Part shown: positions 36,479 through 52,511 of the stretch, in pieces
Layout of the letters: every line of letters starts with the position of its first letter
How positions within the stretch are numbered: the first letter of the stretch is position 1
Assembly: GCF_044704955.1 (NCBI RefSeq)
Contig: NC_091980.1
Span: 130,324,001-130,388,000, forward strand
DNA: 64,000 nt
Source of the DNA: Pristiophorus japonicus
Taxonomy: Eukaryota
Reading direction: 5' to 3'
Notes under the pieces: generated by a model
Seen by the model: the letters and a program-made list of their open reading frames with translations, nothing else
What the model was told of the DNA's origin: nothing
The model's database searches: none
Program-made: the position numbers and the translations under genes

Positions 36479-37049
36479 TGATCAGTACTCGTGTTTATAC
36501 AATGTGTGTGATACTCTGTCCTACATAGAATGGTGGCTTTGTACAGGCTGAGACCTGGGCTCTTGATGTGAAATGTAATCAACTGTAAATAAACTGTTCA
36601 ATATTGAGCTGGGTTTTTTCTCTTTGCAAGTTACTGGTTGCTTATTTTCCATTTACCATAACTTGCAGCACAAGTATTGCACTCGGTTATGCAACAATCA
36701 TACATTGGCCCTCTGTGCTGTAACCACTCAGCCTGTTGAGCCTCTGCTGGCTCTCCAAGAGCACTTCAGCTCATCCTACTCCCTTGCATTTTCCCTGTAG
36801 CCTGCAATGTTTTTCCTTCATGTCCCTGTTCAATCCTATGATTGAAACTGGCTTCACCACCCCCTCGGGCAGTGCAATCCAGATATTATCCACTCACTGC
36901 ATAAAAGTTTATCCTCATGTCAGCTGTAGTTCTTCTGCCAATTGTCTTAAATTTGTGTCTGCTGGTTGTCGTCCCTGCTGTCAGTGCAAACAGTCCTATA
37001 ATTTTTTGCTTTGCTGGAATAATTTCAATATATTGACATTCCTATTCAC

Positions 37050-39010
37050 AAAAACATAAATCGGAGCAGTAGTAACCCATTTGGACATGTGAAGCCTGCA
37101 CCGCCATTCAATATGATCATTACTGATCCTTTACCACCACCATGTTCATGCTTTTACCCCATAGCCCTTGATGCCTTTTGTATCAAGATATCTCACATCA
37201 TCCTTAAATATATTCAGCAATTGGGCTCCATTGCCTCCTGTAGTCAACAGTTCCCCAGCTTCTCTATCCTGAGTGAAAACATTTCTCATCTCAGCGCTAA
37301 ATTTCCTACCCCGTATCCTGAGCCTGTGACCTTTTGTTCTCAACTTCCCAGCCAGGGGGTACTTCCTCCCCACATCCAGTCTCCAAACCAGTCTGAATTT
37401 TATGATTCATTAAGATCCCCTTTCACTCTTCTGGTGAATACAGGCCTGGTCAACCCATTCTCTCTTCACACGACAATCTTTCCATCCAAGGAATCAGTCT
37501 GGTGGAACTTCGCTGCGCTCTTTCTTGGTTAAAGAGACCCAAAACTGTGCACAATACACCAGGTGTCATTTCACCAAGGCTGTGTATAATTGTTGTAAGA
37601 CATCCTTGCTTCTGTACAGTGGAAAAAAATTGTAAATATTACATTTGGTTTCTTCCTCCTCCAAATCTATTTATATACGTGACCAGCTGGGGCCCAAGCA
37701 CTGATCCCTGTGGTATCCCACTCGTCACTGCCCACCACCCAGGAAAAGATCTGTTTATTCCGACTCTGTTTTCTATCAATTAACCAATTTTCAATCCATG
37801 GCAGTATATTGCCCCCAATCCCATGTGCTTTAATTTTGCTCACTAACCTCTTGTGGGACTTTATCAAAGGCCTTCTGACAATCCAAATACACTACATCCA
37901 CTCGTTCTCCCTTATCTAATCTCAGTTACATCCTCAAAAAAGAAACTCCAGTAGGTTTGTCAAACACCATTTTCATTTCATAAATCCATATTGACTTTGT
38001 CTAATCGTGTTGATATTGTCTCAGTGTCCCTTTATCACATTCTACTAATGTTAGGCTAACCGGGCTGCAGTTACTGTTTTGTTTCTCCTCCCTTTTTAAA
38101 AATAGTGGGGTTACATTTGCCACACTCCATTCTGTGGCAACAGTACCATAATCTGTAGAAATTTGGAAGATGATAACCAATGCATCCACTATTTCCATGG
38201 CTACCACTTTTAGTACTCTGGGATGCAGATTATCAGGCCCTGGGGATTTATCAGCTTTCAGTCCCATTAGTTTCTCCAGTACTATTTTCTTACTAATCAT
38301 TCCCTTTAATTTCTCTTGCTCACTCGACCCTTAGTTCCCTAGCATTTCTGGGATGTTATTTGTGTCCTCTTCTGTGAAGACAGAACCAAAGTATTAATTG
38401 TTCTGCCATTTCCTTGTTCCCCATAATTTATCCCATTTGTGACTGAAAAGAACCTACATTTGTGTCTCTTTCTTTTTACATACTGGGAGAAACTTTTACA
38501 GTCGGTTTATATGATCCTTGCAAGTTTAGTCTCCTATACTATTTTCCCCCTCTTAAACAATCTCTTGGTCATTTTTTTGCTGAATACTAAACTGCTCCCA
38601 ATCCTCAGGATTGCTACTTGTTCTGGCAACTTTGTATGACTCCTCTTTGGATCTAATACTAACCTTAATTTCTTGTGTAAACCATGGTTGGGCTACTTTT
38701 CCTTTTGTCTTTGCAGCATAAAGGAATGTATAATTGTTGCAATTTATGCATGCGTTCCTTAAATGTTAGACATTGACAAACCACTATCATGCCTTTTAAT
38801 GAATCTTCCCAATCTGTCATAGCTATTCCTCATACCTTTGTAGTTTCCTTTGTTTCGATTTAGGACCTAGTTTTGGATTGGACAACTTCACTTTCAGTCT
38901 TCATGAAGATTGAAAATCATGTTATGAACATTCTTCCCTAAAGGATCCCGCACAAAAAGACTATTAATTAACCCCTTCTCATTGTACAATACCCAATCTA
39001 CGATAGCTAT
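37050..39010 (-). mobile_element. Degraded CR1-type LINE (paralog of 6430-8380)
   Basis: KLMGLKADKSPGPDNLHPRVLK and HGIGGNILPWIENWL remnants. Confidence 0.85.
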
Positions 39011-39048
39011 TCTGACATGTTGAAGACCTAATTTCACTTGCATGTATA

Positions 39049-39245
39049 TGTAATGACTCAAAAATCTGGTTACTGTAAACTCACTCAGGTGCAACATCAT
39101 CCATCTTTATTCCAGTGCCAGTGTGACAAAGACACTCAGCTTATATACAGGTGATCAAGCACACATGCCACGTGTATACAGCCCGATGATCTCCGACCGC
39201 AGCGCCCTCTGGTGTCTTGTGACTACCAAGCATTAATCCATAAGA
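39049..39245 (-). mobile_element. Solo LTR (paralog of 8418-8622)
   Basis: TSD GTATA at 39044-39048 and 39246-39250. Confidence 0.7.
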
Positions 39246-39579
39246 GTATATCTTGCAAATTCTATTCATGCATTTCAATCGAGCATTGCAATGCTGTAAT
39301 CCAACAATTGAAAATGATCACGTTTGTTCAGCCACATAAGGCAGTGGGACCACAGGTACAATTTGGTGTCTTAAAGGAGGCAGAGAGGTTTACATAACAT
39401 TCGTATGCCATTTGGCACCTCGAGCCTGTAAAATCGTGACTGGTCTGATCTTGGTCTCAACACTTTCCTGCCTGTTCCCCATAACCCTTGACTCCGCTAT
39501 TGTTAAAAAATCTATCTATCTCCACCTTAAATGTATTCAATGACCCTGCCTCCACACACGCACACGCACACAGACACAC

Positions 39580-39732
39580 AGTACTGAGGGAGTGCCGCAC
39601 TGTCAGAGGGGCAGGACTGAGGGAGTGCAGCACTGTTAGAGGGGCAGTACTCACAGGATTCTTCACTGTCGGAGGAGCAGCACTAAGGGATTGCCACACT
39701 GTCTGAAGGGCAGTACTGAGGGATTGTTGTAC
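39580..39732. repeat. 33-bp minisatellite, 4 copies plus a partial
   Basis: Same unit as 8976-9226, three copies fewer. Confidence 0.88.
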
Positions 39733-41442
39733 AGACTCATGTTTGATTCAAGTGGGTCAACTGTGCTCATTGGTGGCATCTCCCCCGAAAGGGTAGTGTC
39801 TGTGGTGTGATTGGTGGCTCCGGATCTGAATCACTGCCGCACTCTCTGCCCCATCTAAAGCAGAGTTTTAATCCAAGGGAACACCTCTCATCAGCTCATC
39901 CAGGACTGAACCACTTCTGCACTGAAACCAGACGTCACGGCTTTGGATCTCCGGGATACACCAGCATGAAAGGTCAATGACCAGAGGGGAGAGATGAGGA
40001 CGATTATTTTAACGCAGCGAGTTGTTGTGATCCGGAACGCGCTGCCTGAAAGGGTGGTTGAATCAGATTCAACAGTAACTTTGAAGAGGGAATTGCATAT
40101 ATACTTGACAAAAGTTGCAGGGCTATGGGGAAGGAGCTGAGGAGTGGGACGAATTGGATCGCTCTGACAAAGTGCCTGCACAGGCACGATGTGCCGAATG
40201 GCCTCTTTCTGTGCTGATAGAATCTATGATGAGCCAGACAGTTAGAGCATATCTGAGCCTCATCATTTCAATCAGATTTAAATATTCATCATTTCAATCA
40301 GATTTAAATATTCTTTCGAGTCACTGAAAACCGATTGTAAAAGGACTCGTCTAACACATCAAATTGAGGGGCAGGAAAAGACCAGCTGGTCCATCAAGCC
40401 TGCCCCAAAACATGCCGGAGCAAATCATAGAATCATAGAATGGTTACAGCACAGAGGGAGGCCATTCGGCCCGTCGAGCCCGTGCCGGCTCTCTTCAAGA
40501 GCACTTCAGCTAGTCCCACTCCCCCGCCCTTCCCCTGCAACCCTGCTATTAATTTTTCCTTCAGGTACTTATCCAATTCCCTTTTGAAAGCCACGATTGA
40601 GTCTACCTCCACCACCCTCTCGGGCATTGCATTCCAGATCCCAACCACTCGCTGTGTAAACATGTCGCCTTTGGTTCTTTTGCCAGTCACATTAAATCTG
40701 TGTCCTCTGGTTCTCGACCCTTTTGCCAATGGGAACTGTTCCTGTCTATCGACTCTGTCCAGACACCTCATGATTTGGAATCCCTCTATCAAATGGAGAT
40801 GTGGGTGACAATGTGTTCAGTCATGTTCATTCCCTCTCATTCTCACTCAATATATTGAATTTTACCAGGCATCATTCCATGAGAATAAAAATGACAGATC
40901 GTTGATGCCCCCATGTAGCCAATCCTCAGACACATGCCCATTCTCTATATTCGAACTGGGGGAAGTTCACACCACCCACAAGATGGAATTCCCATTCCAC
41001 TGGCCAATGCTTGGTTTGTAAATGCACCAAGACGACTTGATTGCTTTGAATATTGTCTCAGTGCCACAGAAACTTGCAAGTAACAAACTTCGCCAGATTG
41101 TGAAAAACTCCTTTGGCGAAAGTAGAAAATTATCATTTCATTCAAGTGAGAGCTTGAAACAACGGCACACTTTCAGATTTGAAGACGTTCAAGGAACCCA
41201 AAGGCAGTGACATCACCAAGACTGATCTTCCCCAGCCCCCTCCGCCGAACCCCCTCTCCTTTGTTAATTGGTGCCTCAATTCAGGGAAGATTCCTGATTG
41301 GCTCTGAGGGATTGTCAATCATCATTGGTGATGTCATACCCTGTTTGAATGCAGCTGTTCCAATAGTATAAATACAGGAGCTTGTGTAAGATAGAGTGAG
41401 TTCTAGAACTGTGTAGGTGATAGTGAAATATAGATAGAGAAG

Positions 41443-45289
<3,847 letters not shown>

Positions 45290-47154
45290 ACTGACTGGGA
45301 TCAAGCTTATTGTGTTTAGTACTTGTATTTATATAATCAGGGAATGAATGCTTGTGACTTTGTACAAAAAGAGCTGAAACCCATAACAGTGAATAAACTG
45401 TTCAACATTGGGCTGTGTTTTGTCACCTTGTAAATTTGAGTGGTTACTTATTTTTCATTTAACATAACTTGGCTTCTATCAAACAAGAATTACACTGACC
45501 TGTGCAACATTTATATGGGATTCAGTCTTATGAAATATGTTTTCCCCCTTGTGTAATGTCTATGTATTGACTGGGCCATTCAGGCACCTGTTATAAGATC
45601 GAAAATGTTCAAGAATGTGTTAGGACAACTGACAGCCCCATGGGATATTGGCCCAGTGACCAAAAGTCTGGTCAGAGGTATGTATTGAGGAGGTACAGAG
45701 ATGTTTAGGAAGGCATATCTAGAGCTTGGGACTGATAAGCTGTATACAATTACCTGTTCCAACGATCTGTTTTTTACAAAGGAGAATTCAATCCAACAAG
45801 ATGTAACATCTGCTAAACGCAGGACCAATTTGCCAGTAATTCATTGTTGCACCATTTCAGTCCAATGAAGGAAAAAGTCCTGGATTAGCTTCCTATTTAG
45901 TCTATCTGCCTCGTGAACGAACAGCAGTTTGTATTCAATCGCTGCAACAGATCCTCTTCAGTTATGCAGGTCGTTCAGTAATGGGACTCATCACTGCTGC
46001 TTTAGGATTGCTGTTAAGCTTTGTAGGCAGAAAAGAAATATCTCAGCACACTGAACTCTTGGCACTGCAATTGGGTGAGGAGGGAAAGCAACAGCTGTCA
46101 TCAGCTTGCTGTCATAGCTTCGTGTGGATACCCTAGTCGTTCTGGGACAGCTTCTCTTCCGTCTGCTCCCCTAATGGTTGAATAACTTGCCAACACAACC
46201 TCCATTCAAACATGAATAAGGTATTGCAAGACTAACGATACTCCAACAACATTTAATACTTGGGGAAGGTGTAAATGTATTTAATTCCACAAAGCAAAAG
46301 GCACAAGATGTTAAACCCATTTCTGGCCACAATGCCTAAGCACTCAATTTATAAGCCTATCAATTTTTTTTTTGTTAGTAATGAAATTCACAATGGTACT
46401 ATCACCCTGGATTAGATTTCTATTTCTCTCCTTCATGGCTATGAATGGATACAAATGGTACTGCTGCTCCAATAATCCAGTGTTTACGAGTTATTTTTAG
46501 GAATTTAACTCAGAACTGTGTTGAGTGCAATTAAATAGCCATGCACAGACATTCCAGGTTAATGTCTTGGCAACACTCAAGCGCCTTTCGGCTATCGATG
46601 TTACAAACTGTCATATATTGATGAGCCACAGTTCCACGAGTCGGCCTGGGTTTGCGTGCTGATGGGTTTGATGGCTTCATGTATCAACAAATCTCTAGCT
46701 CACTCGATGTGAAACTTTACAGGTGCTCGTGTTTTAAGAATTACTTACAATTTACAGCACAGGTAAAAGACCATTTGGGCCAACTGGGCCATGCTGTGGT
46801 TTATGCTCCATGTGAAACTTGTCCCACCCCACTTCATCTAGACCTATTAGCATATCCTTCTATTCCTTTCTCCTTGTGTTTATCTAGCTTTCCCTTAAAT
46901 GCATCTATGCTCTTTGCATTCAGAGTTATTACTGCGTGTAGCTCAGTAAACGCACCGCTGCTGCTGTGGATTTTCTGTTAAGCTGTGTGGGTAAAGAAGT
47001 GAATAACAGCTATAAAGATCCGCAATGTTTGAGCTGAAGGACAGCATTTATTGTCTGTCACTAATTGCCTTTGAGAAGGTGCTGGTCAGCCATCTTCTGG
47101 AACCGCTGCAGTCTTGTGGTGAAGGTACTCCAACAGTGCTTTTCGGGAGGGAGT

Positions 47155-47832
47155 TGTCGAAATCTCGACCTCAGAAAAGAATGACTCCGACACTTACAGC
47201 TCCGATGGAAGTTTCCCTTTTAATTTACTTGCTCGCAAGGGGTAGGTTTCACTCAGTCAAGGGCTAAATGAAACCTCCGCAATGGTACAGCTTCACAAGA
47301 TATTTATACAGTAAAACCCAAGTTCTGGCCTCTCCCTGTGTATTGCTCTGTCTCACAGTCAGTGAATACAGATAAAGAGTTAATTACTATATCCTGGTCC
47401 TGAAATGGTGTCAAGATATTTCCTTTTGTCAGGGTTATCAGAAAGCCAAACGGCCATTACTCCATGAGTCATAGGTAATGGGCTATCACCTGTCTTGTAT
47501 TGTATCAGGATTATCCAATTTCCTGGTCAGTTTACCTGTTTGCTTCAAATGGATGAGGTAAAGGAAAGAGATAATGGCTAGAAGATAAGGGTGGGGTGAC
47601 ATGGAACTCCTGTAGTGTAGACAATAGGAGAGCACCATGGGGGGTTACTTGTCTCAGCATGACTTGTCTCCTAGCTGTCTGATAACCATCAGCCATCTAA
47701 CAGCAGGTTTAGCTGTTCATAATAAGCTGGCTGCTAAAATGCAGAAAGTTCTGGAAGGGCCAGGACTCCATTTTAATCAAAAGGCACACAAATACCGTAT
47801 GGTATCAGCTTAGATAAAAATACATTTCCACA
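47155..47832 (-). repeat. ERV 3' LTR
   Basis: TG...CA with terminal inverted repeat; TATAAATA and ATTAAA on the - strand; PPT adjacent at about 47835-47848. Confidence 0.96.
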
Positions 47833-48453
47833 TTCCCCCATTTTGTCCTTCACAAGGACAACTCAATCCATTCTGATCTTGTACAGTCTCTCCATTTCCA
47901 TTTCTTTTAGTTTCATTACTCACTAGGCATATTATACCCTCAGGATTTCCTATTCTGGGACTAATGCTTAGGAAGGGAGGCTGATGGTTATTATCATAAT
48001 TGGGCTGGTACCATCCCTGGAAGGCTGTAAGTTTATACCCTGCCGACCTCCATTCTGTTTGCTCCTTTGTTTCTGGCCCCTTAGTTAGTTTTGTCCTCTT
48101 TTGCACTGTCAACCATTCGACCATTTCTGATTCGTTAAAGGGGACAGATCTCAGGGGAATACCCCCCTGGAGTGGACAGGTACATGGGAACATATCCAAC
48201 AACTCGACAAGTTTCTTTCTTGAGCATACCTATGACTCAGTGCCATAAATACGTTTACGTGCAATTCCCTTCGGTGGTGGGTCTGTACCCCTGGTGTAAT
48301 CAATAATGCGAAGTAAAACCCTGTCAAGCCCAGCACCATCAGTCCCCATAGTCCATACAGTTCTTTATTCAGTCTTCCTTTTTCTGTTCCTCTGATTCCT
48401 TCGTCCCTTCCTCCTGGTCGGGTGCCCGTTTGCAATGGGATGCGTGGATCCAT
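47810..48453 (-). pseudogene. env: Truncated gamma-type env (leader plus SU N-terminus; TM deleted)
   Basis: ATG overlaps the pol WIHASHCK codons; hydrophobic LYGLWGLMVLGLTGFYFALLI; NLSSCWIC motif; frameshift in a G6 run (48162-48167); runs into the PPT/LTR with no TM subunit. Confidence 0.8.
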
Positions 48454-51400
48454 GTTGGTCTTTCCTTTTCCTTGATTGCAGTATTGGTCGCCAGCAGGAC
48501 CTGGTATGATCCTTCGAATCTTGGCTGTAGACTGCTTTTCCTTTTAAAAATCTTGATGTAAACGAATTCCCCTGGCTCCAGGTTATGACACTTCCCTTCC
48601 GCTGGCTTGACTTGGGCTTCCTTTACCTGTGAATGAAAGCTGGAAATACATTTGGTTAGTGCAATACAATAATTCAACATATTTTCCTCCATTTTGTGGA
48701 TGTCCATCTGTTTTGCAGTAAATGGTGCTGTAAAAGGTAGTCGTTGGGGACGTCCCATAACTATCTCATGTGGTGACAAGCCTGTTGTTCTGTTGGTTGC
48801 AGATCGCATTACCATCAAAGCTAAGGGCAGCAGTTCTGTCCATTTCAGTCCAGTGTCATTGCATAGTTTTGCCAGCTTATTTTTAAGCATTCCATTATAT
48901 CTTTCAACAAGTCCAGCTGATTGTGGATGATAACTGCAATGAAAACGTTGATTAATCTGTAAAGCTTTACACATTTCTCTTATAACAGTTCCCGTGAAAT
49001 GTGACCCGTTATCACTCGAAAGCTTAGCAGGAATTCCGAAGCGCGGTACAATTTCTTTTAACAAACATTTAGCAACAGTAGTGGCATCGGCCTTTTTACA
49101 TGGAAAGGCTTCAATCCATCTAGAGAACACATCTACAATAACTAATACATACTTGAATCCCATACACATAGGTAATTCAATAAAATCCATTTGTAAATGT
49201 ACAAAAGGCCCGACTGGATTTGGGTGGGAGGCAGATTCTACTTTTTCCGTCTTACCCGGATTCATTGTCTGACAGGTAACACAATTTTCACAGATTTGTT
49301 TTGCAATTGCCGAAATACCTGGTGCATACCAAGTTGCCAAAATATAATCTGCCAATCCCCCTTTGCCTGCATGTGTGAATGTATGAACACATCGGGCAAT
49401 CCATGGAAGTAAGGATCTAGGGGCCACCACGCGGCCGTCATGGTGAACCCATATTCCTTCTGGATTTTTATAACATTGATCCTTCGTCCAGGTCACCACC
49501 TCCTCCGTACTGGCCTGTGTCTGAAAGGCCAGCACGTCATTAATAGTGGGTGGCGGGTCTGAGCAATTATTTTTCCTTAGTGGGAACAATGACACCTGCA
49601 TCCCCCCTTTCGACAGAGCTGCTGACTTAGCTGCATTATCAGCTCTGGCATTCCCAAGTGCCACCTCATTCGACTGGCCTGTATGTGCTTGGCATTTGAT
49701 AATGGCAAGTTTTAAGGGGCATTGAATGGCTCGCAGGAGATTTTCCACTTGTTCTGCATTTTTGATAGGGGTTCCTGAAGAAGTCAGGTACCCGCGAATC
49801 TTCCAAATTTGTCCATAGTCATGTGATACCCCAAAAGCATACCTGGAGTCAGTGTAGATATTAACTGTGTGTCCTTCAGCCAGAATACAGGCTCGAGTTA
49901 ACGCAAACAATTCGGCTTGTTGGGCTGAAAAGGAGTCTGGAAGAGAGGCTGTTTCGACAACATTAAACTGAGTTACAATTGCATAAGCCGCTCTAGGTTG
50001 GCCCCTATCATTTCGTAAGGCTGATCCGTCAACATAGTACACTAGCTCAGGGTTACACATTGGTACATCTGTTAGATTGATACATGGTTTAGTCACTAAT
50101 TCGGTTACCATTTCACATGAATGGGGTTCGCCGTCGTCTTCCGTGGGGAGTAGAGTGGCTGGATTTAAGGTAGTACATCTTTTGATGACAAGGTTCGGAT
50201 TTGATAACAGTTCGACCTCGTATTTGGTGGTTCTTGCGGAGGTTAGGTGTTGGGTGGCACATTTAATAAGTAAAATCTCGACAGAGTGTGGGATATATAA
50301 AATGGTCTGATGATTTAGAGTTATTGTCTGAGCCTGTTGCATAGCATAATAAGCTGCTGCCAACGAAGGAAGACATCCTGGTAGTCCGCGTGCCACTGGG
50401 TCTAGTTGGGTACTGAAATACGCTACCGGTCGCTGCCTGTCCCCATGTAACTGAGTCAAAACAGATTGTGCAAAACCCGACTTGTGATGCACAAATAAGT
50501 TGAATAGCTTAGTGTAATCTGGTAATCCCAAGGCGGGTGCTGAAGTGAGGGACTGTTTAAGGTTCTGAAAAGCATTCCGGGATACCTCATTCCAAATCAA
50601 CTTCTCTGGTAGTGCGGGCATGGACATGTCTAACAGTGGTCTAACAATCTCGGAATAACTCATAACCCATTGCCGGCAGTATCCTGTCATGCCGAGGAGG
50701 TGTTTCATTTCTCTCTTGGTTACTGGTAGTGGGGCAGAGCAGATTGCTTTTACTCGGTCTTGTGTCAATTGTCTCGTATCCCTGACCAATTCGTGCCCTA
50801 GATACCGAACCTTTTCTGAGACAAATTGTAACTTTGCCTTTGACACCTTGTGTCCTTTCGAGGCCAGAGCTTTTAATAACACAAGGGAGTCCGTTTCGCA
50901 GGCCAATTTGGAGGGTGAGGCGAGCAATAAGTCGTCAACATACTGCACAAGTGTAGAACCTGCTGGTAAAATTACATCTTCCAGATCCCTCTTTAGGCAC
51001 TGTGAGAATATGGTAGGGCTCTCGGTAAATCCCTGCGGGAGTCTTGTCCACGTATATTGGCGTCCTTTATACGTGAAGGCAAACAGGAATTGAGACTCTG
51101 GGTGAATAGTTATTGAGAAAAATGCTGAACACAGATCAACTACTGTGTAATACGTTGATGATGCCGGAATACTGGCAAGTATAATTGCCGGGTTGGGTAC
51201 CACTGGATAAGTTGGGAATACCGAATGATTCACGGCTCGTAGGTCTTGGACAAATCTCCATTTGTCACTATTGGGCTTCTGCACCGGAAAGATCGGTGTG
51301 TTACATGGACTTCTAGTTGGAACGATTACTCCCTGGGCCAGCAGGGACTTAATGACTGGCTCAATACCTTGTTCTGCGGCTGGGGACAAGGGGTATTGGG

Positions 51401-52511
51401 GCTTCTTGGGGAGCGGGGCGGTTGAATTGATTGCTACCTTATAGGGTTGTGCGGTAAGCATCCTCCCTACTTCATTAGCGTGTGTAGACCATAGTTGTTC
51501 TGGAACTTTAGCAAGAAGCTCTGCTGTGCTTTGTCGTACTGGGAAGCTAGTGGCTGAGAGCATCCTTTCTTCTAAGACAGCATCGAAGTATACTTTCCCA
51601 TTCAACTGGACAGAATAGCCTCCCCCCTTTTCATGTTGCCCCAAAGTTCCATTACGTGTGTGCCATTCCTCTTGTACTGGGGATCCTTGCATTCTTTTAA
51701 CCATCTGTCCTAAATCCTGGGGTTTATGTGTGCCTGCAACCGCAAGGGTGCAGTGTGGAACGCTCCCTTTAACCCTAAACAAGCTCTGACTGTGGGAGGA
51801 TAATTCAACCCCTGCCGCTATCCCTTCGGGTCCGATAAAGATTTTTTCGATCATCAATTGATGTTTCTGGTGCAGGAATGGTTGATAAAAGATTTGTGCT
51901 GTAGCGTCTGATCCCGTTTTGTCACAATATGCTGTGCAGTGTAATGTTTCGTACCACTTGCCCAAGGTTTGAGATTTGAGGTAGTCTGTGATTAACCTTG
52001 TTACACACCAATATGAACCAACCAAATAGGATAGGGTTTTGCTTAGTGTGGGGTCCAAATTTTCCCAGGCATACAATATGGGAGTTGTGGGTTGAAGTAG
52101 TGGATATGCGCCACATTTATCTATGGGGACTCGAACCTCCAGACCAGCTGGGGAACAGAGGATCGTGGCATTCATTTTACATAACAGGTCACGTCCACAC
52201 AGATTCACTGGAACCTCTTTAGACAGTAGGAATGAATGACTATCTTCGTAATCCTCTATTTGTACATTGATAGGGTTGGAGAAAAACATTTGCTGTGCGT
52301 GTCCAGATAGTCCAATCACTGAGGTTTGATTAGTGGAAGTGGGAATTCCCCTCGTATCCTCCCTTGAAAGGACCGAATAGGTGGCACCAGTATCCACTAG
52401 GAATGGGACATCCTTTCCTTGTATTCGTATTTTTACTTCAGGTTCTCCTATGGCATTTAACGAAACGACAGGCAGCTGTTTGTTCGCAGCACTCGGGTCT
52501 GGGATTGGGCG
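48369..52511 (-). CDS. pol: Retroviral pro-pol: protease, 2H-phosphoesterase-like insert, RT, RNase H, integrase; uninterrupted
   Basis: FLVDTGA; LPQGFTESP and YVDD; YVDGS/SAQQAEL/YTDS; HHCC, MDF..D..SDNG..VER and WIHASHCK. Open from the codon after the gag TGA (1380 codons). Confidence 0.97.
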   Translation of the reverse strand, partial: RPIPDPSAANKQLPVVSLNAIGEPEVKIRIQGKDVPFLVDTGATYSVLSREDTRGIPTSTNQTSVIGLSGHAQQMFFSNPINVQIEDYEDSHSFLLSKEVPVNLCGRDLLCKMNATILCSPAGLEVRVPIDKCGAYPLLQPTTPILYAWENLDPTLSKTLSYLVGSYWCVTRLITDYLKSQTLGKWYETLHCTAYCDKTGSDATAQIFYQPFLHQKHQLMIEKIFIGPEGIAAGVELSSHSQSLFRVKGSVPHCTLAVAGTHKPQDLGQMVKRMQGSPVQEEWHTRNGTLGQHEKGGGYSVQLNGKVYFDAVLEERMLSATSFPVRQSTAELLAKVPEQLWSTHANEVGRMLTAQPYKVAINSTAPLPKKPQYPLSPAAEQGIEPVIKSLLAQGVIVPTRSPCNTPIFPVQKPNSDKWRFVQDLRAVNHSVFPTYPVVPNPAIILASIPASSTYYTVVDLCSAFFSITIHPESQFLFAFTYKGRQYTWTRLPQGFTESPTIFSQCLKRDLEDVILPAGSTLVQYVDDLLLASPSKLACETDSLVLLKALASKGHKVSKAKLQFVSEKVRYLGHELVRDTRQLTQDRVKAICSAPLPVTKREMKHLLGMTGYCRQWVMSYSEIVRPLLDMSMPALPEKLIWNEVSRNAFQNLKQSLTSAPALGLPDYTKLFNLFVHHKSGFAQSVLTQLHGDRQRPVAYFSTQLDPVARGLPGCLPSLAAAYYAMQQAQTITLNHQTILYIPHSVEILLIKCATQHLTSARTTKYEVELLSNPNLVIKRCTTLNPATLLPTEDDGEPHSCEMVTELVTKPCINLTDVPMCNPELVYYVDGSALRNDRGQPRAAYAIVTQFNVVETASLPDSFSAQQAELFALTRACILAEGHTVNIYTDSRYAFGVSHDYGQIWKIRGYLTSSGTPIKNAEQVENLLRAIQCPLKLAIIKCQAHTGQSNEVALGNARADNAAKSAALSKGGMQVSLFPLRKNNCSDPPPTINDVLAFQTQASTEEVVTWTKDQCYKNPEGIWVHHDGRVVAPRSLLPWIARCVHTFTHAGKGGLADYILATWYAPGISAIAKQICENCVTCQTMNPGKTEKVESASHPNPVGPFVHLQMDFIELPMCMGFKYVLVIVDVFSRWIEAFPCKKADATTVAKCLLKEIVPRFGIPAKLSSDNGSHFTGTVIREMCKALQINQRFHCSYHPQSAGLVERYNGMLKNKLAKLCNDTGLKWTELLPLALMVMRSATNRTTGLSPHEIVMGRPQRLPFTAPFTAKQMDIHKMEENMLNYCIALTKCISSFHSQVKEAQVKPAEGKCHNLEPGEFVYIKIFKRKSSLQPRFEGSYQVLLATNTAIKEKERPTWIHASHCKRAPDQEEGTKESEEQKKED

